The notes under the pieces: generated by a model
Database searches by the model: none
Told to the model about the DNA's origin: nothing
Seen by the model: the letters and a program-made list of their open reading frames with translations, nothing else
Program-made: the position numbers and the translations under genes
Assembly (NCBI GenBank): GCA_965235115.1
Contig: OZ249436.1
Coordinates: 5,830,001 to 5,894,000, forward strand
Direction of reading: 5' to 3'
DNA: 64,000 bases
DNA from: Laetmonice hystrix
Taxonomy: Eukaryota
Shown here: positions 11,788-24,848 of the stretch, in pieces
How positions within the stretch are numbered: the stretch's first letter is position 1
How the letters are laid out: each line of letters starts with the position of its first letter

Positions 11788-14134
11788 GTAAGTGCCATTG
11801 TTTAACTGGGCTCTCTCTCTCTCTTTTTTTCACTACTGCGTACCGTGAGCTAAGATGAGGTGATCTGAGCTGAGTAGCTCCAACAAAAAAAAAAAAAAAA
11901 ATATGCATGCCAGGTGTCGTACTGAGTTCATGATAAACATATGTAAGAGGTTCTGCCGAGGACATTACTCATACATGTATTAATTGTTCTGGCCTTCCTG
12001 ATTGGTTATATCCGACGTTTCGTCATTACTTACTGATTGTTGCGTCAGGCTCCATCCGCTATCAGATCAATAGAAAATGAGAAATGTGGAGGAAATTTCG
12101 GGAGGAAATCGATGTGACATGGGGGAAATGCCAGCTAGGAGACGGACTTTACTGACGCTTAAGGATATAATACTGGTATATAATATTCAAACTAACAAAA
12201 TGACTTTATCATGACATAATTGTGATGGAGGGTATGTTTGTTTGATTTGGTACAGCTCTTGCAAACGTTCCTTCAATCAAACAAGAGGCAAGGTCTTACC
12301 TTTAGTCCTTACCATAAGGACCATTTACCGGTATTTGCTGTTTGTCAGTTCGTTTTTAGATATGGTACGAACAAGGGGGGGGGGCTAGATCTACGTGGGG
12401 GCGTACTTTTTGTTTGCTGTAGCTCAGAAAATAACTGTTTTGCTATGGGAGAAGCTATTTTTATATGTGTACCCTAGATGTGTGTGCATAGTTTAGGACT
12501 GGCGGCGATTGGTGTCTCCGACCAGCAGTCAGATTAATGAACAGGACTGTGACAGGCGGTAACCTGAGCAAGTGAAGAACTCGACCAGACGCTCTTATTG
12601 TTCACGTTCCTAGCCATTGTTTCTCCCGTTACCATAACAACGCTGTAATATTTCTGCTACTTGACACGGAAGGTAGAGGGGCGGTTCAGAAAACATAGGT
12701 GGCTTTGTAAATGAGTCAGGAAGCAAGGCGGGCATGACAAAGACGAAGGATTACCTTATAATGTTGTTTAGTCATAAACACCTCTTGGGAATGATAATAT
12801 TGCACAAGAAAGGATAATTTGGCAGCCGATTGTTTGGACTGAGGGCTTGCCGAGGGAGTTTGCGCCTACCTCGACTGGTGACACCAGAGCCCGTGTTTAA
12901 GACTTCTGGAGCCAGGTGGGCGGCCTAACAGGGGGAGCCACCAGCGACATGGCAATAACAGACACGGCACTGTTCTCTGTGTTGTCCCAGAGCCGAAACA
13001 AAGGTTTCAAAGGACCCGCCTACATCATGCATGCCATGAGGTTAGAAATTGTTTTTCCTAATCTTTAGGGAAGACCCAATGGCAACTTATTTTACACATA
13101 CACAGAATGAGGAAATGTCCCTTCCCCTTAGTGTCGGGAGGATTTATCTCATGGGCAATTGTACAATAGGGGCTTCCCGGTTATGCCTTGGACTGTTTGA
13201 GTGCTGCTTAGGCCTCAATCATTGCGTATTGGCAGTGGTGGAAGCAATTATCAATGGTAGCTTTGACAATAAATTTTACTGCAAACTTGGAATTTGTGCA
13301 GCAGGATAATGATTCCCCATATTTATGAACGTTACTCGTAGATGGAGAGAAACAGGTTAGTCAAGACTTCATTACCAAGGAGACATGCAAAATGTGCCAT
13401 GGTCTTAACCCACTGGTGAGATTGCTTTTATGGCTGTAGGAATTTTCGTAAACACAGGAAGAGATAGCACACCATAATAAATGCTGATGAGTTCATTGAC
13501 ATGTAGATGTGCAGATGTTATTTTCATGTGAGACCGGTGCGTTCCATAATATTGGGATTCAGCTGATGGATGGCCAAAGACTTACCGGCTGTTGGATAAT
13601 TGTATATAGGCCAACATGGCCAGTTACGGACAGTTCTTGGTACTTCGCTGAAATATCCCTAATGAGCCATCATTTATGCCAAGGTCTAAGCCTCAGGTAA
13701 GGCCGGTGTCACAAAATGTTTGGTATAAAAATGTGTACGAGGGAGGCTGGACGGAGAAATGTGTTGTGATGGATGGATGGTTGACATGCTGATGTTGGAG
13801 GGATGCCTGGGATGTGCACCATTTGTCATGGCAACCGTGACACCTGCTGACCGTAATCAACATGCGCATCAAACAAGCAACCAACCTACCTGGCCAATCC
13901 CAGGTCTGACCGCCCGCCTGCCGCAGTGCATGTGGACTGGCAGGCGTGGACATGTGGCACAATGTAGACATTCTTGCTGAAGGCTGATTTGGATAATTTG
14001 TTCGTTACTAAATCCCTGCATCCTGTTCGTGGACACATCCAACAGAAGTATTTTAAAGAAACAGATCTTTTATTATGACTCAAAATGTCTTTTTTAATCA
14101 AAGAGTAAATTATACAGAAATAAGGTAAGACAAG

Positions 14135-14292
14135 TCTTTGAGGGTGGAAAATACTGAAATCCCATATGTAATTTCTGGAATTCCGTAGGTTTTCGAACTT
14201 TTACGGGGAGTTTTCCGGATTCCGCACCACTTGAAAAGGTGATCTGAAATTCCGGCTGTTTCTGGAATGATTCCGGATAGTTGGCAACACTG
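14135..14292. mobile_element. hAT-like MITE end fragment
   Basis: Ends in GTTGGCAACACTG (reverse complement of a CAGTGTTGCCAAC-type TIR), preceded by repeated TTCCGG/GGAATTCCG subterminal motifs. Partner TIR not seen. Confidence 0.5.
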
Positions 14293-14481
14293 CACTCTCC
14301 GGAGTTGAGACCAGGAAGCACAGCGCTCACCCCCATTCAGAACACCTCGACTTCCGGTTCTGCTCTGTTCTGTTCTGTTAGTATCCTGGAAATTGGTAAT
14401 TCAATGTCAGCAAAAATCACCTGCGGAACCGTTTGTGACGCTGATGTACTGTTTGAAAAAAAAATCATTTTATAACTCCTG

Positions 14482-14617
14482 GGCCCAGTTCGTAAAAAAA
14501 TCAGATCTTTGTTAAGCTTAAGATTGACGCTTCTGATTGGCTGGTCTAAGCAGACCAGCCAATCAGGAGCCTTAAGCGTAAGCTTAAGCAAGATCTTAGG
14601 GTTTTACGAATTGGGCC
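14482..14617. mobile_element. Palindromic MITE (PIF/Harbinger-like), copy 1
   Basis: GGCCCAGTTCGTAAAA...TTTTACGAATTGGGCC; near-complete palindrome with central CTGATTGGCTGGTCT-AAGC-AGACCAGCCAATCAG. Homologous copy at 38396-38541. Confidence 0.85.
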
Positions 14618-14650
14618 TAGATGCCTCGGCAGTATTGTCTACAGCATGCA

Positions 14651-15019
14651 ATACTCAGGGATATTTGTCTCAAATCTCCAAGGGGGGACATTTGAGATTT
14701 TGGACCTTTTCTAAAAAAAATTGGACCTTTTTCTAAGAGGGGTGGTTTAGACCTGCAGATATTTCACAAAAGATCCAAAATTGTGGACCTTTTTTGTAAG
14801 CCACTGGGTGAGAGGTCCAGATATTTTGCAAAAGTTATGAACCTTTCTCTCCGGCGCATGGCTCAGAGGTCTATAATATTTCACAATACAACCAAAATTG
14901 TGGACCTTTCTTTCCGACATATGCCTCCGAAATTCTGGACCTTTTGGGTTGTCAAAATTCAAGGGGGGGGGCAATGCCCCCCCCCCCCCCAGCCCCCTGA
15001 CAAAAATATCCCTGATACT
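14651..15019. mobile_element. MITE with CAGGGATATTT TIR and 5-bp TSD ATACT
   Basis: ATACT|CAGGGATATTTGTC ... GACAAAAATATCCCTG|ATACT; internal repeated TGGACCTTTT motifs and a GGGGGGGGCAATGCCCCCCC subterminal block. Confidence 0.9.
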
Positions 15020-15210
15020 ACCTGTGGTGAGGCGTGGACTGTGTGTATAGACTTCATGTCAGGACGGAGGGAACAATCACTTTTTCATTTTTTTCCACAT
15101 ACAAGTAACAACTGTGTGAGTTGACCCAAGTAACCCCCTGTTAGCCGGATCACTCTCATTCAGCCCCCCTCCCCGATTTCAAAATCCTGGTTAGGAACCG
15201 AACACTCGCA

Positions 15211-15360
15211 CAATGCTGCCTCCCAAGAGAGACTGCAGTATGTATGCCATAACTTTAATCGTTCAAATACTTTAATATGGCTGAGGGATAAACTTTAGGG
15301 TCGATTTTCTCCATTTCACAATTGTGCAGATACTACAATCTCTCTTGGGAGGGCAGAATG
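15211..15360. mobile_element. Short MITE-like element with ~30-bp imperfect TIR
   Basis: CTGCCTCCCAAGAGAGACTGCAGTAT versus ATACTACAATCTCTCTTGGGAGGGCAG (reverse complement). Confidence 0.7.
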
Positions 15361-15791
15361 AGTCGATGTGGGATACAAACTTCATGATATAAGTCATGAT
15401 GATGTGTTTGGAGGACCTTTACCAGACCCTCTCAGCCCTGTGGTACTGTAACCAGACTGGAGCCAGACATGACCGGAGTAGTAGCATGGTGAGAATAGTG
15501 CAGACTGTCCGATTCGAACTGTACGACACACCCTGACGTTAGCATGTAGCCGCCAGTTGGGCCCTTCTCACCGACTGCCTGCACATGGACAAACTAGCTG
15601 TCCCGTGCAGGATCACCAACGTGAGCTGAGTTGGCGTGTAGGATACACATACTATATATAAGGACCAACCAAGCAGTAAATGCAATATTCAAAATTTACT
15701 GAGCATAAAACTACCTGAAAGACCCATTTGTAAGAATATGTCACAAGTAAACGGCTTTCACAAGACATTTGTAGTGTATTACAATATTACA

Positions 15792-15974
15792 CAAGGGCGG
15801 ATCAAGGATTTTGTAAGGGCGCGGGGGGGGGGGGGGGGGTGTTAAGAGGTGATATTTTGCAAAGGAGGCCCGGGGGGCGGGTTTTAGCAGGGTCATTTCA
15901 AAAAGGCTTATGGGGAAAAAGAAAACTGGTTGCCAAGGGGGGAACCTCTACCCCCCTCCTTGGATCCGGGCCAG
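15792..15974. mobile_element. hAT-like MITE (CAGGGGCGGATCCAGG type), degenerate
   Basis: CAAGGGCGGATCAAGGA + polyG at the left; CCCCCCTCCTTGGATCCGGGCCAG at the right. Confidence 0.65.
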
Positions 15975-15983
15975 GAGAAAACA

Positions 15984-16053
15984 GCAACAAGTAGGGTGTG
16001 AGTAGTAGGGATATGATGCAACAAGTAGGGTGTGAGTAGTAGGGGTATGATGC
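15984..16053. repeat. Two-copy 34-bp tandem duplication
   Basis: GCAACAAGTAGGGTGTGAGTAGTAGGG(A/G)TATGAT occurs twice. Confidence 0.9.
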
Positions 16054-16489
16054 CCGTATTAAGATTTTGAGAGATCTACTCACCACCGATTCCGGAGGAA
16101 TTCATATTATAAGTCAGATGGTTTATCTGGATAGCCTACATAAAAAAAAACATGGTCAGAAATCATTACCAATTACGTGGTCACTTCAGAACGACCCAGA
16201 CACTCGCTGCATGTCCTCACTTTTTACACGTAATACCTTACGTCCGTCGTGAAGCATATGCTGTAACAGTTGGAAGGTTTTTACAGTGAGTCGTTGAGAG
16301 AGTGTGTGTGTAAAAAGTGGAAGGTTCGTTGTCCTGAGGTTCCATGTCGAACGTCAGCAGCCTACTCATCATCAGAGTGAGCGGAGAGTCTGTACCTACC
16401 AGACCGTGACCGCGCACCATTAAATGGCCTTTCTCTTTACAGCCGTTACATTAGCTTTTAAAGCCAGTGCTGACACACAAGTCAAGTCA

Positions 16490-17216
16490 TGTCAATCTGA
16501 GAAACTAGTCACAAAAACGTTATCTCAATCTGACAGACAAGTCACAAAAAAGTTATCTCAATCTGACAGACAAGTCACAAAAAAGTTATCTCAATCTGAC
16601 AGACAAGTCACAAAAAAGTTATCTCAATCTGACAGACAAGTCACAAAAAAGTTATCTCAATCTGACAGACAAGTCACAAAAAGTCATCTCAATCTGTCAG
16701 ACAAGTCACAAAAAGTCATCTCAGTCTGACAAACAAGTCATAAAAAAGATATTAATCTGACAGACAAGTTACAAAAGTTATCTCAATCTGACAGACAAGT
16801 CACAAAAACGTTATCTCAATCTGACAGACAAGTCACAAAAAAGTTATCTCAATCTGACAGACAAGTCACAAAAAAGTTATCTCAATCTGACAGACAAGTC
16901 ACAAAAAAGTTATCTTAATCTGACAGACAAGTCACAAAAAGTTATCTCAATCTGACAGACAAGTCACAAAAAGTCATCTCAATCTGTCAGACAAGTCACA
17001 AAAAAGTCATCTCAATCTGTCAGACAAGTCACAAAAAGTCATCTCAATCTGTCAGACAAGTCACAACAAGTCATCTCAATCTGACAGACAAGTCACAAAA
17101 AAGTCATCTCAATCTGACAGACAAGTCACACAAAAAGTCATCTCAATCTGACAGACAAGTCACAAAAAATCATCTCAGTCTGACAGATAAGTCATAAAAA
17201 GATCTTAATCTGACAG
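16490..17216. repeat. Minisatellite, 32-34-bp unit, ~22 copies
   Basis: Unit GACAGACAAGTCACAAAAAAGTTATCTCAATCT with variable A-run length. Confidence 0.97.
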
Positions 17217-17897
17217 TCCCCCACACCTGTGCAAGACTGGCACGTTATTTGTCAACCCGTCCACCTTTGTGGATTGTTTTATTCATTGTTTATTTCCCCA
17301 AATCGTTTTTTTGGGTACTGTGGCGATTGTTTTCTTTTACATGATGCCTGAAGAGACACAAGTGGAAACCGTGTTTCCAGATACCATATAACCTGATGGT
17401 TACACAGTCACCCTTTGTTGTACCTGTGACATCACAAAAGACTATTACCTGTTCATCACCAAGCAACCATTTTGCTTACGATGCCACGCATTGCCAGAAT
17501 GAAGCCGTTCCGGTAACGGCTCACACCCGCGGTAGCATCGAGAGAAAAAACCCACTCCAACCACGTCTTCAACGACTGACACACACCAATAGCACCCTGG
17601 AGATTTGTTCGTTTTATTTCTTGTTGCACTTCTAGAATAGAAGCCCCGTTTCACGAAGGTGTCGTAACTTACATGCATTTACAACATTTGAAGATTTTAT
17701 TCGGAGATACATTGTCATCTGTTGAAGTCATTGTGTCCATTACTTGTCTTCTCCAGTGCTTCTTGAAAAGAAAAATTATGATATATGTAAATCAATATAA
17801 CAGATATATAGACGAGTGGTGAACTTCGCCGAAAAATCGTATGAAAGTTTTGTACCCGCTCCCCGAGGTATATCTGACGTTGGCAACGTCGTTTAAT

Positions 17898-17957
17898 ATC
17901 ATTGGAACAGAATAATGGTTGTGTTTTATCACTGGAACAGAATAATGGTTGTGTTTT
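17898..17957. repeat. Two-copy 30-bp tandem duplication
   Basis: ATCA(T/C)TGGAACAGAATAATGGTTGTGTTTT occurs twice. Confidence 0.9.
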
Positions 17958-19443
17958 GGAGAATCATAAATCAAACTGATAGGTTAATTTTCTGGGAGAT
18001 TTTTACCTTTTAGTGCCTGTAGTGCATGTGGCATCTGCGTATAGACTTTTTGTTTGTTTTTCACGGTTTTACGTAAATGTAGTGGATTCCATGACGTAGA
18101 CCAATTATGTCACAAGGACGGACGTACCGGTAAAGAGTGCATGATGTTATTTCTCCATTACAAACACCTTTAAAACGCAGCGCCTTCTTTTGAAGGAAGC
18201 ATCTTATCCAATTATAGCCCCATTATATTGTTATGTACTCCGGACCATAAGTTGAGTGTCCCAGATGTGTCGTGAAGGCCTGCTGCTGGTCTGACAACTG
18301 CTAACTACGATACGGCCATGGTAGGTCGAGGATTTCATCAGAACCTAGTTATAGTTATGTCTTAGGGCCACTTACTGGAACGATGCTTAGGTACAGTGCT
18401 GAGCAACCAGCTCTCGTAAATCTCCCCAGTACCCAATGGCCACAGCCTGCCAGTACCCAATTTAAAAGAAGATTTTTTTCTCTCTCTCTCCATGCTTGTT
18501 TCCTTGAGCAGTTTCTAGGTGGCATGTTTATGTCGGTTTATGAATGTGGGTACCATGGCAATGATAGAAAGTGTTTTCAACAGGAAACTGTCAAAAAGAA
18601 AGAGGTTGTAAAAAATAAACCAAAGCGGATTGGTTGTGGGAGAGGCGATTATTATTGGACAGGAGAGTTCGCGACCGGCCAGGTCCACAGGGCCTGGTGG
18701 TGGTGGTTTACAAGTTGAGTTTCTGTCAGTGATGCGACAACTGTTCGATGTAAGTTGGGGCCAATAACAGGCCTCACTGACAGCAGGCACCCGTGGCTCG
18801 TAAATCACCGTCACACTGACGGCCTTCTCTGTCAGCGCGCCAACACGGGCCCCATACATTACCTGTACACAGGATACCAACTATAGCTATAGAGCTAATT
18901 AACCCAGAAAAATAGGCATTTAATGTGCCATCAGTAAATAGAGAGAGAGAGAAGAACGAATCTAAAAGAACAGGAAAAGGGATACAAAATAACTAAGATA
19001 TCATCTTTCCAGGAAATGGATTTTTAAAATATAGGGATTTTTTTAGGTCATCAGGAAAAGTTGGGGGGACTTTTTTGAAAGGAAGATTCCTATTCAACTT
19101 TCCTGTAGAATTACAAATCCCACAAATGCTTATCTTGTTCATAAATGTCGGTGACCGTTAGCAAAATGTTCCAAAATTAGATTGAAGCTTCAACAGCGAG
19201 GTGAAGGTGCGGCAATCGTGTGACAAGAGAGGCCGCGGTGAACGTGTTACAAGACAGGCCGCAGGGCGTGCTCTCCTAGACAGTGGTGACACCTAGCAGG
19301 AAATGTGAGAACTTCATGCGGTTTAAGAACTGGGAAGTACGTTTAAACATTAGCTATACATGTATTTCCTTCCAAATGTTCTCAGGATTTAAAGATGAAA
19401 CTCGCTACAAAAGATGCATAACTTCAGGCCTCAGTTTCGGAGA

Positions 19444-20023
19444 AAGAAATGTGATTGTAATTGTATGACTGTAAGAAATGTGATTGTAATTGTATGACTG
19501 TAAGAAATGTGATTGTGATTATATGACTGTAAGAAATGTGATTGTGATTGTATGACTGTAAGAAATGTGATTGTAATTGTATGACTGTAAGAAATGTGAT
19601 TGTAACTGTATGACTGTAAGAAATGTCATTGTGGTTGTATGACTGTAAGAAATGTCATTGTGATTGTATGACTGTAAGAAATGTGATTGTAATTGTATGA
19701 CTGTAATAAATGTGATTGTGATTGTATGACTGTAAGAAATGTCATTGTAATTGTATGACTGTAAGAAATGTGATTGTAATTGTATGACTGTAAGAAATGT
19801 GATTGTAATTACATGACTGTAAGAAATGTGATTGTAATTGTATGACTGTAAGAAATGTGATTGTGATTGTATGACTGTAAGAAATGTGATTGTAATTGTA
19901 TGACTGTAAGAAATGTGATTGTAATTGTATGACTGTAAGAAATGTGATTGTAATTGTATGACTGTAAGAAATGTTATTGTAATTGCATGACTGTAAGAAA
20001 TGTGATTGTAATTGTATGACTGT
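19444..20023. repeat. Minisatellite, 29-bp unit, ~20 copies
   Basis: Unit AAGAAATGTGATTGTAATTGTATGACTGT. Confidence 0.97.
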
Positions 20024-20639
20024 TAAACTTCCAACACAGGGGCTGTTCGCACGTATCTAGAGCCTTATTACGTCCTACTTTGTATTTTGTAGTATCAAAC
20101 TCACCGTACGGATAACCCTTTTTTTTATTAACTTGTAACCCACACAAAGAACAAACACCACTAGTGCACCCGTTATATGCTGTTTCCGTGTTGGGTTGGC
20201 TCTACATGACCTACACCTCAAGAACTCTGTCTGGCCGATTGCTGGACCTTTTACCAATTTGTATTCGTTTCATGCGTTGGTAGAATCCATAGATTTACGA
20301 GACGTTTATGAGTGGTTTTAACCTTGCTCCCGCCTCCCTTTGTGCCATAACTTTGATTTATTGTGCCCAAGGCATCATTTGGTGCAACCATGAAGATGGT
20401 TTCATTATCGAGCCCCAACCGAGGCCGGGGCAGACAAATAGCAATGTGAGCCGTGTTAAAAGTCAGCCCAGCACATTCATGGATCCGTTGTATTGTGAAA
20501 TATGCAATGGGTCTCTGATGGGTACTTTAAATGTTGATCGGTGCACAGGGAGTGTATGTTAGCCTGTCATATTGGCACATTCAAGCAATCCAAGATGGAG
20601 TGACAGCTGTCCAAACGTTGATGGCAGGACATCCGGACG

Positions 20640-21581
20640 GATTGCCAATACAAGATGGACTACTCTATCTCCACTGGGCGATTGCCAATACAAGATGGAC
20701 TACTCTATCTCCACTGGGCGATTGCCAATACAAGATGGACTACTCTATCTCCACTGGGCGATTGCCAATACAAGATGGACTCTCCTATCTCCACTGGGCA
20801 TTCCACTGCCAATACAAGATGGACTACTCTATCTCCACTGGGCGATTGCCAATACAAGATGGACTACTCTATCTCCACTGGGCGATTGACAATACAAGAT
20901 GGACTCTCCTATCTCCACTGGGCGATTGCCAATACAAGATGGACTCTCCTATCTCCACTGGGCGATTGCCAATACAAGATGGACTCTCCTATCTCCACTG
21001 GGCGATTGCCAATACAAGATGGACTACTCTATCTCCACTGGGCGATTGCCAATACAAGATGGACTACTCTATCTCCACTGGGCGATTGCCAATACAAGAT
21101 GGACTCTCCTATCTCCACTGGGCGATTGCCAATACAAGATGGACTCTCCTATCTCCACTGGGCGATTGCCAATACAAGATGGACTCTCCTATCTCCACTG
21201 GGCGATTGCCAATACAAGATGGACTACTCTATCTCCACTGGGCGATTGCCAATACAAGATGGACTCTCCTATCTCCACTGGGCGATTGCCAATACAAGAT
21301 GGAGTCTCCTATCTCCACTGGGCGATTGCCAATACAAGATGGACTCTCCTATCTCCACTGGGCATTCCACTGCCAATACAAAATGGACTACTCTATCTCC
21401 ACTGGGCGATTGTCAATACAAGATGGACTACTCTATCTCCACTGGGCATTCCACTGCCAATACAAGATGGACTACTCTATCTCCAATGGGCGATTGCCAA
21501 TACAAGATGGACTACTCTATCTCCACTGGGCGATTGCCAATACAAGATGGACTCTTCTATCTCCACTGGGCATTCCACTGC
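20640..21581. repeat. Minisatellite, 40-bp unit with a slightly longer variant, ~23 copies
   Basis: Unit GATTGCCAATACAAGATGGACTACTCTATCTCCACTGGGC; the variant carries ATTCCACTG. Explains the overlapping ORFs at 20531-21689. Confidence 0.97.
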
Positions 21582-24539
21582 ATATTGCTATTGTCGCGTC
21601 AGTGTGCTGCTTTAATTTACGGATTACCAGCACGAGTAACAAGTTATGCTGAGGTAACTGACAGGATAGTAATAGAGCATATACTTTAACAATTTGTAGG
21701 CCTGTCTATCCCAGGGATTGCACAGTTAACGGCTCCGCTAGGAAGTCGGAAATCGGAGAGGGGTGTGTGTATAATTTTGCACATGATGTTAGTGGTGAAA
21801 AAAGGCCCTTACACCTAAATCCGTTCTACTTCGAACAACAACTGAACACATATTCCAACAATTCGGTGGAGAAGAAATTCGTGACAAGATTTGTGCCATA
21901 TTATTGCCTATATTTGTTTCATACTGATGTATTATTGTTGGGTAAACCTGAAGTATAGGACTGTGAGAAAGTATCACAATGAATTCGGGATGTCAGCTGA
22001 TTGGAGCGTTGTATATTACATTGAACTGGTCAATTTACTTTGTGTATTATGGTTCCTCCATGTAGATGTGCTTGTATGTGTGTTTATGCACATGCGTACT
22101 TTGTCTATGTGTGCTCATGTAATGTGACCTAAGGTTGACTTTATTACCTACATGGTACGCAGCTGTATGAAGTTTAGTTTTGGCTCTGCCCCCACCTCTT
22201 CCAGCCAGCTGTGGGTCATATTTCAAAGTCCATATGTTGAAATTGTGCCCGAAGGGACTGTCAGCGAATGATTATCATTTGTCAGCCATTGTCAGAAACT
22301 AGTCGGTGAGGAGCTGAGGGACGACACAGAGGTGGTTTGTGTATGCGTGTACATCCGGTGCACATAGCCGGCCAATGACTGAACTCACCGAATCAGCTGT
22401 TCATGTGGCCACTGATTGATGATACTGTCGTGTACGGTCGGGTTAGTCGATCGGTCCGTCCAACTCGGGGTTCGACATGGTCACTGACCGACCGACCAGC
22501 CCACTGTCGCCCCAGGATTCACTCTGTGGGAGGTTTGCGACATTTGTCATATGGCTGGCTGTTTTTATGACAACTTCACCTTGTATAGACTCACACTTGA
22601 AAGCTCTTGTAACAGGTAACAATGCGATAAGGATACACCTAACATTCACATCTGATCGAGTTGCAAACAGTAGGCTGCAGTCTTTCTCAGGAATGGTATT
22701 TTTTTATTGAGTACAACAATAAGAAGGTGACTTTGATTGATTTCCAATTGACAATCAAGGAGATCCTTTTGTAGCAGATTAACGAGACAACTACACGTAG
22801 AGACACTTGTGTCAAGTATTGTTACAAGATTTCAACAATTCTCTAATGGAGTTCATATCAGTGCAGAGCACCTGAAAGATTGTTAGAGGAAAAAAGTTAA
22901 TAGCTGTCAGTTAAACTTTGACATTGTTATTGACAATACAATGTGAGATCAGTAGCTGTGGGGGACCTTGTCATCATCAACTGATTGAGTTATTATTATG
23001 ACGTTTAGATGGACGGCAATGGTAACTAAATGATTGAAACATCAGAAGTTTTTATTGTAGTGTATCTACGTGCTGTTCGAACCAAAGAGTCAAAGGTTAC
23101 AGTAACAACAGCTACTTCACTCATACGACAGATCCAGGCCATTGTATACTGGTATTTCAGATAATGGACCCAAGAGTATTGAAAGGGATTCCAGACAAAG
23201 CTTTCTAAACAAAAATTGAGAAAAGAATGCCAGATACTTATCGTTGTGAAACATATAAAAACCTCATATATCAATGCAAACTGGGAAAAATAACAGTAAA
23301 CAACCATTTTGTCAGCCCATTATGACATATGGACCTCCGGTTGTAAAGAGTTAAAATCATAATTAGGTAAAGTATTCCGAACCAAGTAGCGTATAGATGT
23401 TCAGAACTCTCTGGCAATCATCGTTAGGATTCATAAGCTCAATAATACCAAGTTACATATGATAATATGCAACATAGGCGTTTCAAGGATTTCCAAAGGG
23501 ACTTCCAAGGGGCCACCTGGTCAGCACAGAACTACCAGGAGAAAAATTACGAATACATGGCCTGTTGGCTGATTTAATATATAATTATAAGCTGTGCTTT
23601 CGTTCTTCACTTTAATTAACTCCGTTTTTGATGGAACAGAAGCCTAGCGGTTTGCCATAAGCCATAAGTTGGCCTCATGGCTGACTATAAACCGGGATTT
23701 GATTGACAGCCCTAGAAACTACATTTACCGGTCGATGAACCGAGCAGCTTGATAAAAGTTGACATTATAATGGTTAGTGGTATATGATATAGAGATAGGA
23801 AGTAACAGACTGCCAACCAGTTGTGTTTCCATTGGAAATTGATTATCTAACTGTGACTGTGGAGTATGCCGTATTTAGTCATTCACAAGTCTGAGTATAG
23901 CCTCAACAAGTTCCATTTCCGTAGCATTGTATGTAGATTGAGTGGGATTCTGATATAAAATGATACACGAGAAGCTCTCAATGATGGCAGGTCGGTTTTG
24001 GTAACACCCATCTTCTGTCACCTGTCGGTTTTCTTGTCGACTTATCGCACAGTCAGACTTGGACATATATTATACATATATCGGTGAGCGCTGATAAGCT
24101 CAAGTTTCTGAACTAGTCGTTCAGAGCTTCTTATCGTCACCAGATAAGGTGGGTAGGACATGTTGTAAGGCGTACAGATGACTGCTACCTTTGCGAATAA
24201 GACGTTTGTCGTCTGAGGCCCAGTTTTTTACCCCAAGCTTATTGACAATTTGAAGTGCTCGAACACAAAACTTCTTTTTGTGTCAGTGTTCTCATGTACA
24301 TGTATTGGTAAAATATAAAGTTACATGGACACACTGTACATAAGAAAACAAAACTTGTGACATGTTTAATGATGACGTTACAAAAACATGCTTGAGGGAA
24401 GAACGCCAAATACATTCTGATCACCTTGGGGATCAGGCTAAGTATGATCCTCATCTCAACCTTGGTTGTTCGTAAAAGGTGACAAGTGGGGCGAGGGCTT
24501 GTGTGGGAAACTAATCATCTGCGTGGCACAGTTTCCAGT

Positions 24540-24848
24540 ATCAGTTTTCTGACTGGTGCTCCCCAGTGCTGTGCAACTGGGTCATCAAAGGTTTTGATAT
24601 GTCCAACTGTGCCTGTGCGAGTAGGCATATAAAATAACCCTTGCCATTTTTCGAAAAGAGTAGGGGATCGCCTCCCGGTGGCAGGTTTCTTTCTCACTTC
24701 ATCCTCATCCTCACCCACCCCCAGGGACTCGGGGGGGGGGGGGAGTAAACTAGATCCCTTAACTAAATTAAATGGTTCCTATCGCCTTGAAGATGACTGA
24801 AATACTGTCGACATGACATAAAACCTTCAATTCACTCACTCACTCAGC
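24540..24848 (+). mobile_element. SINE remnant with Deu/Nin-like central domain and (CACT)n tail
   Basis: CCAGTGCTGTGCAACTGGGTCATCAAAGG...GCATATAAAATAACCCTTGCC...CGAAAAGAGTAG resembles, from memory, the Deu/Nin core of molluscan SINEs. The 3' end GACTGAAATACTGTCGACATGACATAAAACCTTCAATTCACTCACTCACTC looks like a LINE-derived tail plus microsatellite. No intact tRNA head seen. Confidence 0.65.

Noticed and set aside
12012..12050. Minus-strand CTGACG...GAAAC as a hammerhead ribozyme core
   Set aside because: The CUGANGA core is broken and stems I and III cannot be formed convincingly.
13748..13758. TGGACGGAGAA matching the start of miR-184
   Set aside because: Only 11 nt match, the remainder diverges, and there is no precursor hairpin.
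18383..18880. Overlapping 111- and 121-aa ORFs in unique DNA
   Set aside because: No recognisable domain or splice context; lengths are compatible with chance.
20531..21689. ORFs of 373, 344 and 238 aa
   Set aside because: All three frames read through a stop-free 40-bp unit and cycle the same peptides; repeat artefact.
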